The notes beneath the pieces are model-generated. The model had not been told where the DNA came from, did no database searches, and saw only the letters and a program-made list of their open reading frames with translations. Positions 1 through 9,329 of a DNA stretch of 20,442 nt are shown in pieces (the stretch's first letter is position 1; each line of letters starts with the position of its first letter). The position numbers and the translations under genes were made by a program. Source of the DNA: Elusimicrobiales bacterium (GTDB lineage: Bacteria; Elusimicrobiota; Elusimicrobia; Elusimicrobiales; UBA9959); NCBI GenBank assembly GCA_049972095.1, contig JBMFKQ010000012.1, positions 19,358 to 39,799 of the forward strand. Direction: 5' to 3'.

Positions 1-127
1 TCCCTTTTGTAGATTTAGCTTTTAGATATCATTTGAAATTGAATGAGTATATAGTCCCCTTTTTTTATGAGTTTGGTATGGTAAAAGATAAACTAAAAAG
101 AACACTTGATTTTTTTTGAAAAATACC

Positions 128-141
128 TGTTATACTATAAT
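128..141 (+). promoter_or_regulatory. Putative sigma70 -10 elements (TGtTATACT extended -10 at 128-136; TATAAT at 136-141) for the giant-protein gene
   Basis: Consensus TATAAT ends 6 nt before ATG148. No SD present. TTGATT at 106-111 is a possible -35 with non-ideal spacing. Confidence 0.5.
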
Positions 142-147
142 TATAAG

Positions 148-3100
148 ATGATGTGTGAGAATAAGAGGATATCCTTGTTGTCGAGTCTTAGAGTGTTTTT
201 GATTTTTTTTGTTTTTTCTTCCTCTCTTTTCTCTGAAACAGCAGTAAAAACTGTTGAATTTAATTTAGGTGGGTATTATTCACCTAATGGAACTGATATA
301 GCAAGTGGAGTGCAGTTTAACTTTCCAACAAGGTTTATAAAACTTCCAGAAAACTCAAAGGTAATTCGCTCTGCCTGGATTGATTTTATGGGCTTGGCTG
401 TAAGTGCTCTTAATATAAATCCAATTGTAATATATTTTGATGCAGGCACATCAGCAACAACAGCAAGATTTACATCAACGCAATACACCACAAACAGCGG
501 CGAGTCAATTTTAATAAGGGCAAGGGCTGATGTAACATCTGTTATATCAGCTCAGGTTTCAAATCTTTCAACTGGAGTTAATTTTACTTGTGGTGTTAAG
601 ATAACTGGTCCAGCAACAAATATGCATACAGCAAAGCTTTATATAACATATGAGTATGATGATGCCTCACCTTATCAGATTAAAACTGTAAGATTTCCAC
701 TTTACTCTGACTGGTTAAACAAGATTGCATCATATCAAACAGTAAAAGCGCCAGGGACATTTACTATGCAGTATTTAGCTGATTTACCTGATATGACTCA
801 GATATATCAGCAGTGGGTTGAGATAACCGGATTTAGAATTAGTAGCCTTGAAGGGTATATCTATGTAAGTGGTGATGGTATAAACAACGAGCCAACACAG
901 GACCATGACCAGTCATTGGCTGATTCATATTATTTTAGATACCTTTCATCATCAACAATAGTGGCTGGTTTTTCAACCGGAACTCTTAACAATATGAATA
1001 TAACGCTTAGCGGTGAGAATGTTTTGATGCTTGGTGGTGAGGTTGTAATAACATATGAGTATAACCCAAACTCAACATATAAGGTTAAGACAATAAGAGA
1101 GTTTTTGGGGCAAAGCTCTGTTGGAACAAGCGCAAGTGTTTTTTCTAAGAATATCTATCTAAATGAGGAGGATATAACACCGCTTGATATTTATCTCAAC
1201 ATATCTGGAAGCAATGATACAACAACCACAACAAATATATTTTCTGTTGACTCATCTCTTGGCGGATATAGTGTTGTAAGGGCAAGCTATACTGCATATT
1301 ATGCTGGAGCTTTAATAAGCGGGTTTAAGGTTATACACTCTCTTTCATCTGCCTTATCTGGTTTTTCAAATGGATCTGTTGTTGTATCAACTATAAATGC
1401 AAATGCAACTGCTGGTGGATATGGAGTAGAGCTATTTATAACATACAAATACAAAAATGATAAAGCCCATACAACAAACTACTCTTGCTATGCTGGAAAC
1501 AACACAACTGTTGCCACAAGCTATGATTATTCACCAGTTCCTTTATACTGGGTTGAGTCTGGTAGTTCAAAGGTTGTAAGCTCTGGCTATGCCCTGGCAG
1601 ATTTTGTATCTGCTAACCTATTGGGGGATATGCAGACAGGCCTTGCTTTTAACTCAAGAAACTCCCCTTTTACTGTTACACATCACACAATAAATGAATC
1701 GCCAACACTTTTTCAGGTTTATGAAAATCTATCTCAGATAAACACATCAACAACATCATTTACACTAAACTATACAAATGTATCTGGCAGAAACACTGCC
1801 TTCTCAGGTCAATCTGTCATAAAATATCGATACACCCCACCACCAAGACTTCCTTATAATTTAGGGCAGAAAAGAGCTGACACAAACTATGAGATCCCAA
1901 TATCATCCTGGATCAATACAAACTCAGTTAATTTTTATACCTCTCTTTCAAGCTCAAAGACATATGATAAATTAGCTTTTGCAGTTGAGTTAAAACCAAA
2001 CTCATCATCATTTGATGAAACTAACTTAACAACATCATCATTTGTCTCCTATAACGCAAATACCTCTACTTATAACATAGTTTCAGTTTCATCATCCGGT
2101 CTTATCTCTGGGGTTGTTTATAAATGGAGGGCAAGGGCTATTGGAGATGGGGGAATGAGTAATTGGGTTTATTTTTCAACACCTTCATTTGGTGTGGATC
2201 TATCAAGCCCACCACCACCAGGAATGAATACAATTACACCCGTTGATAGATCTTCTTTTAACTATACCTCTGTTAACTTTTCATTTGAAGGTGTAGGTGA
2301 TATTGATGGATCTGGGGTTAGAAACTATGAGGTTTTGGTTTCAACAAAAGAGGATTTTTCTGTTATATCCTTTTCTTCAATGCCTTTTACAACAAATGCA
2401 TCTGCTAATCTATCTCAAAACAAATACTTCTGGAGGGTTAGGGTTTATGACAATGCTGGAAATATAGGTATATGGTCTTCTACAAGAAGCTTTATAATTG
2501 ACCTAACCACACCAACTGTAAACGATCAGCAATCTGGTGATGATGTATGGATTAGCTCAAACTCACACACATATTCAGTTTTCTTCAATGATACTGGTGG
2601 CTCATTACTAAACAAGTTTCAGTTAAAAGCAACAACTGGACCAAATCAAACCGGAGAGGTATTATTTGACTGGAGAGATTTAATAACAGGCATAAGCTCA
2701 ACATCATATAACACTCCTTGGTCTTTGACACAAACCTTATGGGATTTATTGAAGAGTGGGACTAACTACATAAGTGTAAGGGTATATGACAATGCAGATA
2801 ATGTGAGTGTTTCAACTGATGTTTTTTATATAAGAAAAGACACAGCTACACCAACAGTAGTTGACAATCAAAGCGGTGATGATAGCTGGTATAATTCAAA
2901 CCCCGGAAGTATATTTAATGTTGATTTCTATGATTATAACTCAAGGCTTTTAAGTGCAAGCTATTATGCATATACCCAGCCAAATAAGGGTGGTATTTTT
3001 GTATCAAGCGCTGATATATCTGGGGTTTATAATGTTGATAGTTTTACATCAAACTGGGGTGTTGATTTTGATAAACTTAAAGAGGGTTATAATTATATAA

Positions 3101-6100
3101 GTGTTGTTGTCAAGGATATTGCAGAAAATACAACGGAGTATGTTGATGCTTTTTATATTAAGAAAGACACATCCAGTCCGATCATTGAAGACCTTCAAAG
3201 CGGTGATACAAACTGGTATAGCTTAAACCCTGGTAATATCTTTAATATTAATTTTTATGATTATGGCATAGGTATAACAACCGTTTCTATTAAAGTGACA
3301 ACAGGACCATCTATGACTGGAACAGTTTTGATAGATGGCTCAACATATTATTTGGGAGCTCCAACAGGTCAGATAAACGGATTTGGATTTAGTGATTATC
3401 AGTGGTCGCTTTTAGATAATGGCACAAGTTATGTAAGCCTATATGCCTATGATGGGCTTGGGAATGTAAGGGTTTCAACTGATGTTTTTTATATTCAAAA
3501 AGACACAGTTCCACCATCTGCAATTACAAACCTTAACTCAACAACATCGCTTAATGCTGTTGATGAGGGGAGTATTCTTTTAGATTGGATTGCAACAGGT
3601 GATGATGGGACTACCGGTGCAGCAAAATCATATCTAATAAGATACGCCACATATTCTATAAGCTCATCTAATTTTGACTCAGCATCAGTTTACAACTCAA
3701 CACTTGTTCCAAAATCAGCAGGTCTTTCAGAGTCGCTTAAGATGACAGGGCTTTCTCCTGGAACAACATACTATATTGCAATTAAGGCTGTTGATAAGGC
3801 TGGAAATAAGAGCGATATATCAAATACAACATCTACATATGCAACACCTGATTTAACTCCACCTTATGCGATAACCGATCTTAATGCTGTGCCTGGAGAT
3901 TTCACAGGTCAGATAAAGATAAACTGGACTGCAAGGGGAGAGGGAACGGCTGGTGTTGAAGGAACAAACGCAGCAACTGGATATATTGTAAAGTATGCAA
4001 CTTACTCAATAAGCTCAACTAATTTTGACTCAGCCCCAACATATTCTCAAAGCTGGATACCAAAACAACCTGGCCAGACTGAAGAGCATATCCTTGAAGG
4101 ACTTATACCTGAGGCAACATATTATATTGCTATAAAATCATACGATGAGGTAAATAACATAAGCAATATATCCAATACAACATCAACCTATGCTGCACCA
4201 AGAGGTGCAAGGGACGGTTTAATTTTATATTCAAAATCTGGATCAACAACACTTAAATACAGAAAATATTCAAATGCTCAATGGTCAGCTGAGTATGACA
4301 CAGGTATATCCTTTGCTGGAACTGTAAGATGGATTGTTTTAAGAAGCATTCCGGTTATAAGAAATGTTGTTGTTGCAGGTGTTATTGACTCAAACAACAC
4401 ATTAAAGTTTTTAAAATATGATGGAATTAACAATATCTGGTCTGATATAACACCAACACCCGCACCAACACCAGGAAACTCACTTTACAGAAACTTTGAT
4501 ATATCAGTTGAGCAGAACAATGGAAGGGTTGTTGTTGCGTATTATAATGGAACTCTTGGAAGTGTAAATTATGCAGTCTGGTCTTCAACATCAAACTCAT
4601 GGGTAGTAGGTCCAACATCCCTTACTATGGCATCTTTAACAGGTCAGATTTACTGGGTTAGGCTAAAATCAGCACCAAACTCAAACAGGGTTGCACTTGC
4701 TGTTTTAGACGCAAACTCTGATATATCTGCTGCTATATGGAATGGAGGCAGCTGGATTGATAATGTTAATCTAACACTTTCTGCTGCAATTGCAACAGGG
4801 GAGGATTTTGATATAGCATGGGAGAGTTTGACTGGGGATCTTCTTGCTTTATGGGGAACTGGCACAACAACAAACTACCGTAAATGGTATTCAACTTCAA
4901 CCTGGGGTGCAAGCTTGGCTGGTCCAAATATTGGTGGAACTGCCAACTGGATAAGACTCTGCTCAAGCCCTCTTTCAGACAAGATAGGATTTACTTCTCT
5001 TGATGGTGGAAGCGACTGGAATGTTGCCATATGGAGGCCAACTGGAACTGAAGGTTGGTCAGCCCTTCCAACCGAGGATGCTGCTATGAGTGCAAATGAT
5101 AAAAGAGTAACTGACTGTGCCTGGCAGTCAAAAACAGAAAAGTTTATGGCAATTGCGGTTGATGATTTAGGAACATATGACACACAGTTTGACTGGATAA
5201 CCTGGTCAAATGGGACATGGAGCCCAGCATCTCCGTCAGTTACAGTTGCAAACACAAACACAACATTTTCCACTGATATAAAATGGACATCCTTGCTCAA
5301 TGACCCAGACACTGATAATATTATGGCTTGGGCTGTTGATACATCTAACAACCTAAGATCCACTGTTTGGAGTGGAACTGGCTGGGCAGCAGTTGGAAGT
5401 GGCAATAATTTTTATCACGGACTTGTCCAGGATTATAACTATGAGTCTTTTGCAATAGAGTTTAAAAGAGAGGATAACATTCCACCGACATTGACTGATA
5501 ATCAATCAGGGGATGATATATGGAGAAACTCAAACTATGCAACATACTCTGTTTTTGCAAAAGATAGTGGTGGCTCATTGTTAAAAGAGATACAGACAAG
5601 GATATACACAGGTGCTTCTGGAAGAGGAGTTTTGGTTGAAGACTGGACACCACAGATTAGCAATATAAACTCATCATCATACTCAACACCATGGATGCTT
5701 AGCAATGCAACATTCAACAAGCTTGTTCAGGGGGCAACAAACTATATCTGGGTAATGGCAGTGGATAATGCTGGAAATATATCATCAACTATCATTGATG
5801 CCTTTTATGTTAAAAAGGATACAACACCACCAACAATAACATCAAATATATCAACAACATCATTTAACTTCTGGACATCAACTGGTGTTGGTTCGATAAA
5901 TATTGATTTTTCCGATTATGGTGGCTCAAAGCTTTCAAGCGCCACATATTCAGTTTGGACAAGCACTAATTTAAGCGGCACAAATGTGGCAAATAACATC
6001 TTGATATCTTCAAACATAAATCAGAATGTTTATGATACTGATTGGAATATTAATTTTTCACTCCTTGCAAATGGAACAAACTATATAAGCGTCGTTGTAT

Positions 6101-9100
6101 GGGATAATGCTGGCTCATCCACAACACTTATAGATGCATTTAAGGTGCTTAAGGATACGATACCGCCATCTGCTGTTACAGATCTTTCAGCCTCCCCTGG
6201 GCCTACAGCTGGAACTGTTCTTTTAAGTTTTAGTGCTCCAGGGGATGATGGAACATCAGGGAATAACACTCAAGGTGGTTATATAATAAAATATGCTACA
6301 TTTAGTATAACAACAAATGCTCTTTTTGATCTTGCTACAACATATAATGAAACTATTGTTCCTTCAAACTATGGAAGTACTGAAAATATAGTTATATATG
6401 GTCTTAATGAAGGAACAACCTATTTCTTTGCATTGAAGTCTTATGATAAAGCAAACAACTTATCACTAATCTCTAACTCTACTTCATCTCTTCCACAGAC
6501 TAAAAGCGTTTTTATAAATGAGATCTATCCATCAGGCTCAGCCGGCAATGACTGGGTTGAGCTATATAACAACACATCTCAATCTTTTAGTTTAGATGGA
6601 TGGAAGCTTGTTTATAGACAGGGTGCAGTTGATGATTCATCAGCGCCTGAGGTTGAGGTCTGGACAGGAACTACTACTGATAGTATTTCGTCTGGTAATT
6701 TTAAGCTTATAAATCTTTCATTTGATTTAAACTCTGCTTTGAGCTATTCTATTATATTGAAAAATCAGTATGGAAAGATAGTTGATAGGCTTCAGTGGCC
6801 AGCTTTATCGCAAGGACAGTCTTTTTCAAGGATCTATGATGGTTCTTTGTATTTTGAGATAGATCCAAGCCCAACACCTGGCTATGCTAACTCCATCTCA
6901 ACATATGTTAAGATCAACGAGGTTTCTTATAGAAACTGGGAGTTTATAGAGCTTTATAACTCAACTAACTCACTAGTTCATTTAAATGGCTATGCCTTAA
7001 GAAACAAGAATAACATTCTTTTTAGATTTAATAGAAAGATTTTTTCATATTCTTACACTATGATAGACTCATCTACATTAAGCCTTGATAATTATAGCTT
7101 TAGTGATGCTTTCGGATGGCTTGATGAGAATGGAGATTTTGTTGCTCTTGAAAATAATCTTGGACAAACTCTTGACAGGGTTAGCTGGAAAGCAAGCATC
7201 GCTCCACTTTATAATTTCAAAGCCCAGTCTGCCATAAACGCAAGCTATGCCCCAGCTTCTTCAATTACATCTATAATCAGATCAACTGATGGCTTTGATA
7301 CCGATGATGATGGTATAGATTTTGTTAACTCACCAAAGGTAAGCCCATTATATAGAAACAGCAACTCAGAACTCCTTGGAAATAACACTCTTATCTATCC
7401 CTCAGAGAATAAATATATTCCGTATAACTTTCCATTAAAACTACAGCTTAATACAACAAACTATTCCTCTGGTTATAATGATATAATAGCGTTTATGAAT
7501 ACAGATGGGAAGGATGGGAAATCTCCTCATATCTTTAGATTATCAGATCTTGGATTTGATATCTCTACTACATCTCAACAAGAGATATTGTTTAACCTGG
7601 GCAGTTTTACAGATATTGATGGGAATAATCTTGTTGACAAAGCGGTGTATAAGGTTTTGTTTATAACTGACTCATCAACATCAACCTCAAATGCTATATG
7701 GCTAAGCAGTGTAACTACTGATATGTCATACATAACTGCAAATGCTTATGATACAAGAAATGTCTATCTTAGTGCAGATAGGCTTGTTGATATATTTAAG
7801 CTTGTAGTTTATAACCCAGCTGGTTATGATATTTATATAACCTCTGTATCCCTTTCATTTAAAACAACAGACTATATTAACATTACAACAGAGCAATTAA
7901 AAAACATGCTTAAAAGCATAAAGATAATTAAGGATTATGGAAACAATGGGATTTTTGAGGAAGGGATTGATAGCCAGACATTGGTTAGTGTTTTGAATGA
8001 TAGTTTTTCAGTAGTTGATGGCACAATCTCTTTAAATATACAGATTAGCAGTGTTTCTTTGATACCAACAAATTCTTCATCCACATATTTTGTTGTATTT
8101 GTATCATCTGATAACTCATATAGTTATAATCCAAATCAATTTTTATCCTTGATTGATATCAACAAAATAAATCTTTCTGACTCTATCAATTATATTTTGC
8201 AGAACAAAACAACATCATATTCGATATGGAGTTCAACCATATCTTCTGTCTCACCCTCAGCTGACTATATATGGAGCTATAATACCAATATATATTCAAA
8301 TATTGATACAACTGTAAACTACTGGTCAAATGTTTATATAACTGCAAATGATGGTATTTTAAGGACATTGGATTATAATATTGGCGGTGAGAAATGGAGT
8401 TTTGCAACAAACCCGCTTTCAGCAATAAAAACATCTCCTCTTGTAAGTATTGGTCCAAATAATGAGGTATATCTGTATTTTGCTACATCCTCAGGTGATG
8501 TTTATAAAATTCAGGATAATGATACATCATATCTTCAAATATGGAAAACAAATATAGGCACATCTAGTGTTAAAGGAAATATTTATGATTCTGACACATC
8601 AATATATCTTGGCACTGAGGATAATAGAATAATATGCCTTAATAAATCAAATGGTGCTGTGTGTAATGGCTGGAGTTATGATAGTGCGGTTAATTCTGCA
8701 ATAAATAGTGATTTTACAATAGATTTCAGATCTGATGTAAATCTTGGTTGGGTTGGTCTTTTAAATGGCAAGGTCTTAGCATTTAGGTTAACTGATGGGG
8801 TTGTTCTAAATCAGTTTCTAACTGGTGGTGCAGTATATTCTGCTCCATTTGTTGAGTCAGCATACTCGCAGGCATCAAATAATCTATTTATAGCATCAAC
8901 TGATGGAAAGCTTTATTCAAGAGTGGCATCTAATCTAACTATTACACCCACAGGATGGAGTGATGTTGTCTTAAGCTCAGCTGTTTATTCATCTCCTTAC
9001 AAGCCTCCGTATAAAAATTATATTCTTGTTGGTGATGATTCTGGAAGGTTATATAAGATAGATTCAACCTCTGGAACTATTTTGGCTGTGTTTAAAACTG

Positions 9101-9321
9101 ATTGGCCTATAAGAAGTATGCCGCTTGAATGGAATGGTGTGGTTTATTTTACAAGTGGTAAGTATATATATGCTGTTAATGAAACTGATTTTAGCTTAAA
9201 GGCTGGATATCCATTTTATCTTGGAAGTGAGGTTAGGGGTAATATGGTTTTGGATAACTATGATGGATATCTATTTTTCTCAACAAATGCTGGTAAGGTT
9301 TATAGTATTGATTTGTGGTAG
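148..9321 (+). CDS. Giant secreted modular surface protein/adhesin-like (~3,057 aa): signal peptide, 4 tandem beta-domains, Ig/Fn3 repeats, Trp-rich beta-propeller, 2 lamin-tail domains, C-terminal PQQ/BamB-like propeller
   Basis: Uninterrupted ORF (track gives TTG at 106). ATG at 148 or 151 is preferred because it directly precedes a signal peptide (KRISLLSSLRVFLIFFVFSSSLFS/ETAVK) and follows a TATAAT. Fn3 motifs (PPSAITNL...GDDG...YYIAIKAVDKAGN), lamin-tail motifs (INEIYP...DWVELYN; INEVSY...EFIELYN), PQQ-like blades (DGKLYS, SGRLYKID, GKVYSID). Ser/Thr/Asn-rich. Confidence 0.9.
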   Translation: MMCENKRISLLSSLRVFLIFFVFSSSLFSETAVKTVEFNLGGYYSPNGTDIASGVQFNFPTRFIKLPENSKVIRSAWIDFMGLAVSALNINPIVIYFDAGTSATTARFTSTQYTTNSGESILIRARADVTSVISAQVSNLSTGVNFTCGVKITGPATNMHTAKLYITYEYDDASPYQIKTVRFPLYSDWLNKIASYQTVKAPGTFTMQYLADLPDMTQIYQQWVEITGFRISSLEGYIYVSGDGINNEPTQDHDQSLADSYYFRYLSSSTIVAGFSTGTLNNMNITLSGENVLMLGGEVVITYEYNPNSTYKVKTIREFLGQSSVGTSASVFSKNIYLNEEDITPLDIYLNISGSNDTTTTTNIFSVDSSLGGYSVVRASYTAYYAGALISGFKVIHSLSSALSGFSNGSVVVSTINANATAGGYGVELFITYKYKNDKAHTTNYSCYAGNNTTVATSYDYSPVPLYWVESGSSKVVSSGYALADFVSANLLGDMQTGLAFNSRNSPFTVTHHTINESPTLFQVYENLSQINTSTTSFTLNYTNVSGRNTAFSGQSVIKYRYTPPPRLPYNLGQKRADTNYEIPISSWINTNSVNFYTSLSSSKTYDKLAFAVELKPNSSSFDETNLTTSSFVSYNANTSTYNIVSVSSSGLISGVVYKWRARAIGDGGMSNWVYFSTPSFGVDLSSPPPPGMNTITPVDRSSFNYTSVNFSFEGVGDIDGSGVRNYEVLVSTKEDFSVISFSSMPFTTNASANLSQNKYFWRVRVYDNAGNIGIWSSTRSFIIDLTTPTVNDQQSGDDVWISSNSHTYSVFFNDTGGSLLNKFQLKATTGPNQTGEVLFDWRDLITGISSTSYNTPWSLTQTLWDLLKSGTNYISVRVYDNADNVSVSTDVFYIRKDTATPTVVDNQSGDDSWYNSNPGSIFNVDFYDYNSRLLSASYYAYTQPNKGGIFVSSADISGVYNVDSFTSNWGVDFDKLKEGYNYISVVVKDIAENTTEYVDAFYIKKDTSSPIIEDLQSGDTNWYSLNPGNIFNINFYDYGIGITTVSIKVTTGPSMTGTVLIDGSTYYLGAPTGQINGFGFSDYQWSLLDNGTSYVSLYAYDGLGNVRVSTDVFYIQKDTVPPSAITNLNSTTSLNAVDEGSILLDWIATGDDGTTGAAKSYLIRYATYSISSSNFDSASVYNSTLVPKSAGLSESLKMTGLSPGTTYYIAIKAVDKAGNKSDISNTTSTYATPDLTPPYAITDLNAVPGDFTGQIKINWTARGEGTAGVEGTNAATGYIVKYATYSISSTNFDSAPTYSQSWIPKQPGQTEEHILEGLIPEATYYIAIKSYDEVNNISNISNTTSTYAAPRGARDGLILYSKSGSTTLKYRKYSNAQWSAEYDTGISFAGTVRWIVLRSIPVIRNVVVAGVIDSNNTLKFLKYDGINNIWSDITPTPAPTPGNSLYRNFDISVEQNNGRVVVAYYNGTLGSVNYAVWSSTSNSWVVGPTSLTMASLTGQIYWVRLKSAPNSNRVALAVLDANSDISAAIWNGGSWIDNVNLTLSAAIATGEDFDIAWESLTGDLLALWGTGTTTNYRKWYSTSTWGASLAGPNIGGTANWIRLCSSPLSDKIGFTSLDGGSDWNVAIWRPTGTEGWSALPTEDAAMSANDKRVTDCAWQSKTEKFMAIAVDDLGTYDTQFDWITWSNGTWSPASPSVTVANTNTTFSTDIKWTSLLNDPDTDNIMAWAVDTSNNLRSTVWSGTGWAAVGSGNNFYHGLVQDYNYESFAIEFKREDNIPPTLTDNQSGDDIWRNSNYATYSVFAKDSGGSLLKEIQTRIYTGASGRGVLVEDWTPQISNINSSSYSTPWMLSNATFNKLVQGATNYIWVMAVDNAGNISSTIIDAFYVKKDTTPPTITSNISTTSFNFWTSTGVGSINIDFSDYGGSKLSSATYSVWTSTNLSGTNVANNILISSNINQNVYDTDWNINFSLLANGTNYISVVVWDNAGSSTTLIDAFKVLKDTIPPSAVTDLSASPGPTAGTVLLSFSAPGDDGTSGNNTQGGYIIKYATFSITTNALFDLATTYNETIVPSNYGSTENIVIYGLNEGTTYFFALKSYDKANNLSLISNSTSSLPQTKSVFINEIYPSGSAGNDWVELYNNTSQSFSLDGWKLVYRQGAVDDSSAPEVEVWTGTTTDSISSGNFKLINLSFDLNSALSYSIILKNQYGKIVDRLQWPALSQGQSFSRIYDGSLYFEIDPSPTPGYANSISTYVKINEVSYRNWEFIELYNSTNSLVHLNGYALRNKNNILFRFNRKIFSYSYTMIDSSTLSLDNYSFSDAFGWLDENGDFVALENNLGQTLDRVSWKASIAPLYNFKAQSAINASYAPASSITSIIRSTDGFDTDDDGIDFVNSPKVSPLYRNSNSELLGNNTLIYPSENKYIPYNFPLKLQLNTTNYSSGYNDIIAFMNTDGKDGKSPHIFRLSDLGFDISTTSQQEILFNLGSFTDIDGNNLVDKAVYKVLFITDSSTSTSNAIWLSSVTTDMSYITANAYDTRNVYLSADRLVDIFKLVVYNPAGYDIYITSVSLSFKTTDYINITTEQLKNMLKSIKIIKDYGNNGIFEEGIDSQTLVSVLNDSFSVVDGTISLNIQISSVSLIPTNSSSTYFVVFVSSDNSYSYNPNQFLSLIDINKINLSDSINYILQNKTTSYSIWSSTISSVSPSADYIWSYNTNIYSNIDTTVNYWSNVYITANDGILRTLDYNIGGEKWSFATNPLSAIKTSPLVSIGPNNEVYLYFATSSGDVYKIQDNDTSYLQIWKTNIGTSSVKGNIYDSDTSIYLGTEDNRIICLNKSNGAVCNGWSYDSAVNSAINSDFTIDFRSDVNLGWVGLLNGKVLAFRLTDGVVLNQFLTGGAVYSAPFVESAYSQASNNLFIASTDGKLYSRVASNLTITPTGWSDVVLSSAVYSSPYKPPYKNYILVGDDSGRLYKIDSTSGTILAVFKTDWPIRSMPLEWNGVVYFTSGKYIYAVNETDFSLKAGYPFYLGSEVRGNMVLDNYDGYLFFSTNAGKVYSIDLW
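241..1833 (+). repeat. Four tandem ~125-145-aa degenerate beta-domain repeats at the N-terminus of the giant protein
   Basis: Units open with VKTVEF / IKTVRF / VKTIRE / TTNYSC and close with LYITYEY / VVITYEY / LFITYKY / VIKYRY. Confidence 0.65.
2500..6500 (+). repeat. Intragenic protein-domain repeats: five ~110-aa Ig-like 'A' units and three ~115-aa Fn3 'B' units
   Basis: A units (~2500, 2839, 3166, 5473, 5818): DxxxPxxxDxQSGDDxW...GTNYISVxVxDxAxN...DxFYxxKD (A5 lacks SGDD). B units (~3502, 3850, 6154): PPxAITDL...GDDG...YxIKYATySI...LxxGTTYYxAIKxxDxAxN. Confidence 0.85.
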
Positions 9322-9329
9322 GGGGATAG

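Noticed and set aside
1..100. tcccttttt/tcccctttttt motifs and a minus-strand TATACT (51-46) at the left edge
   Set aside because: Could belong to a divergent gene beyond the edge, but no ORF, hairpin or RNA structure can be supported within the window.
106..147. TTG start at 106 given by the ORF track for the giant protein
   Set aside because: The extension overlaps promoter-like elements, has no SD and would lengthen the signal-peptide n-region. ATG148/151 fits better.
276..8458. Short minus-strand ORFs (61-176 aa) inside the giant gene
   Set aside because: Antisense shadows of a long coding frame with no recognisable motifs.
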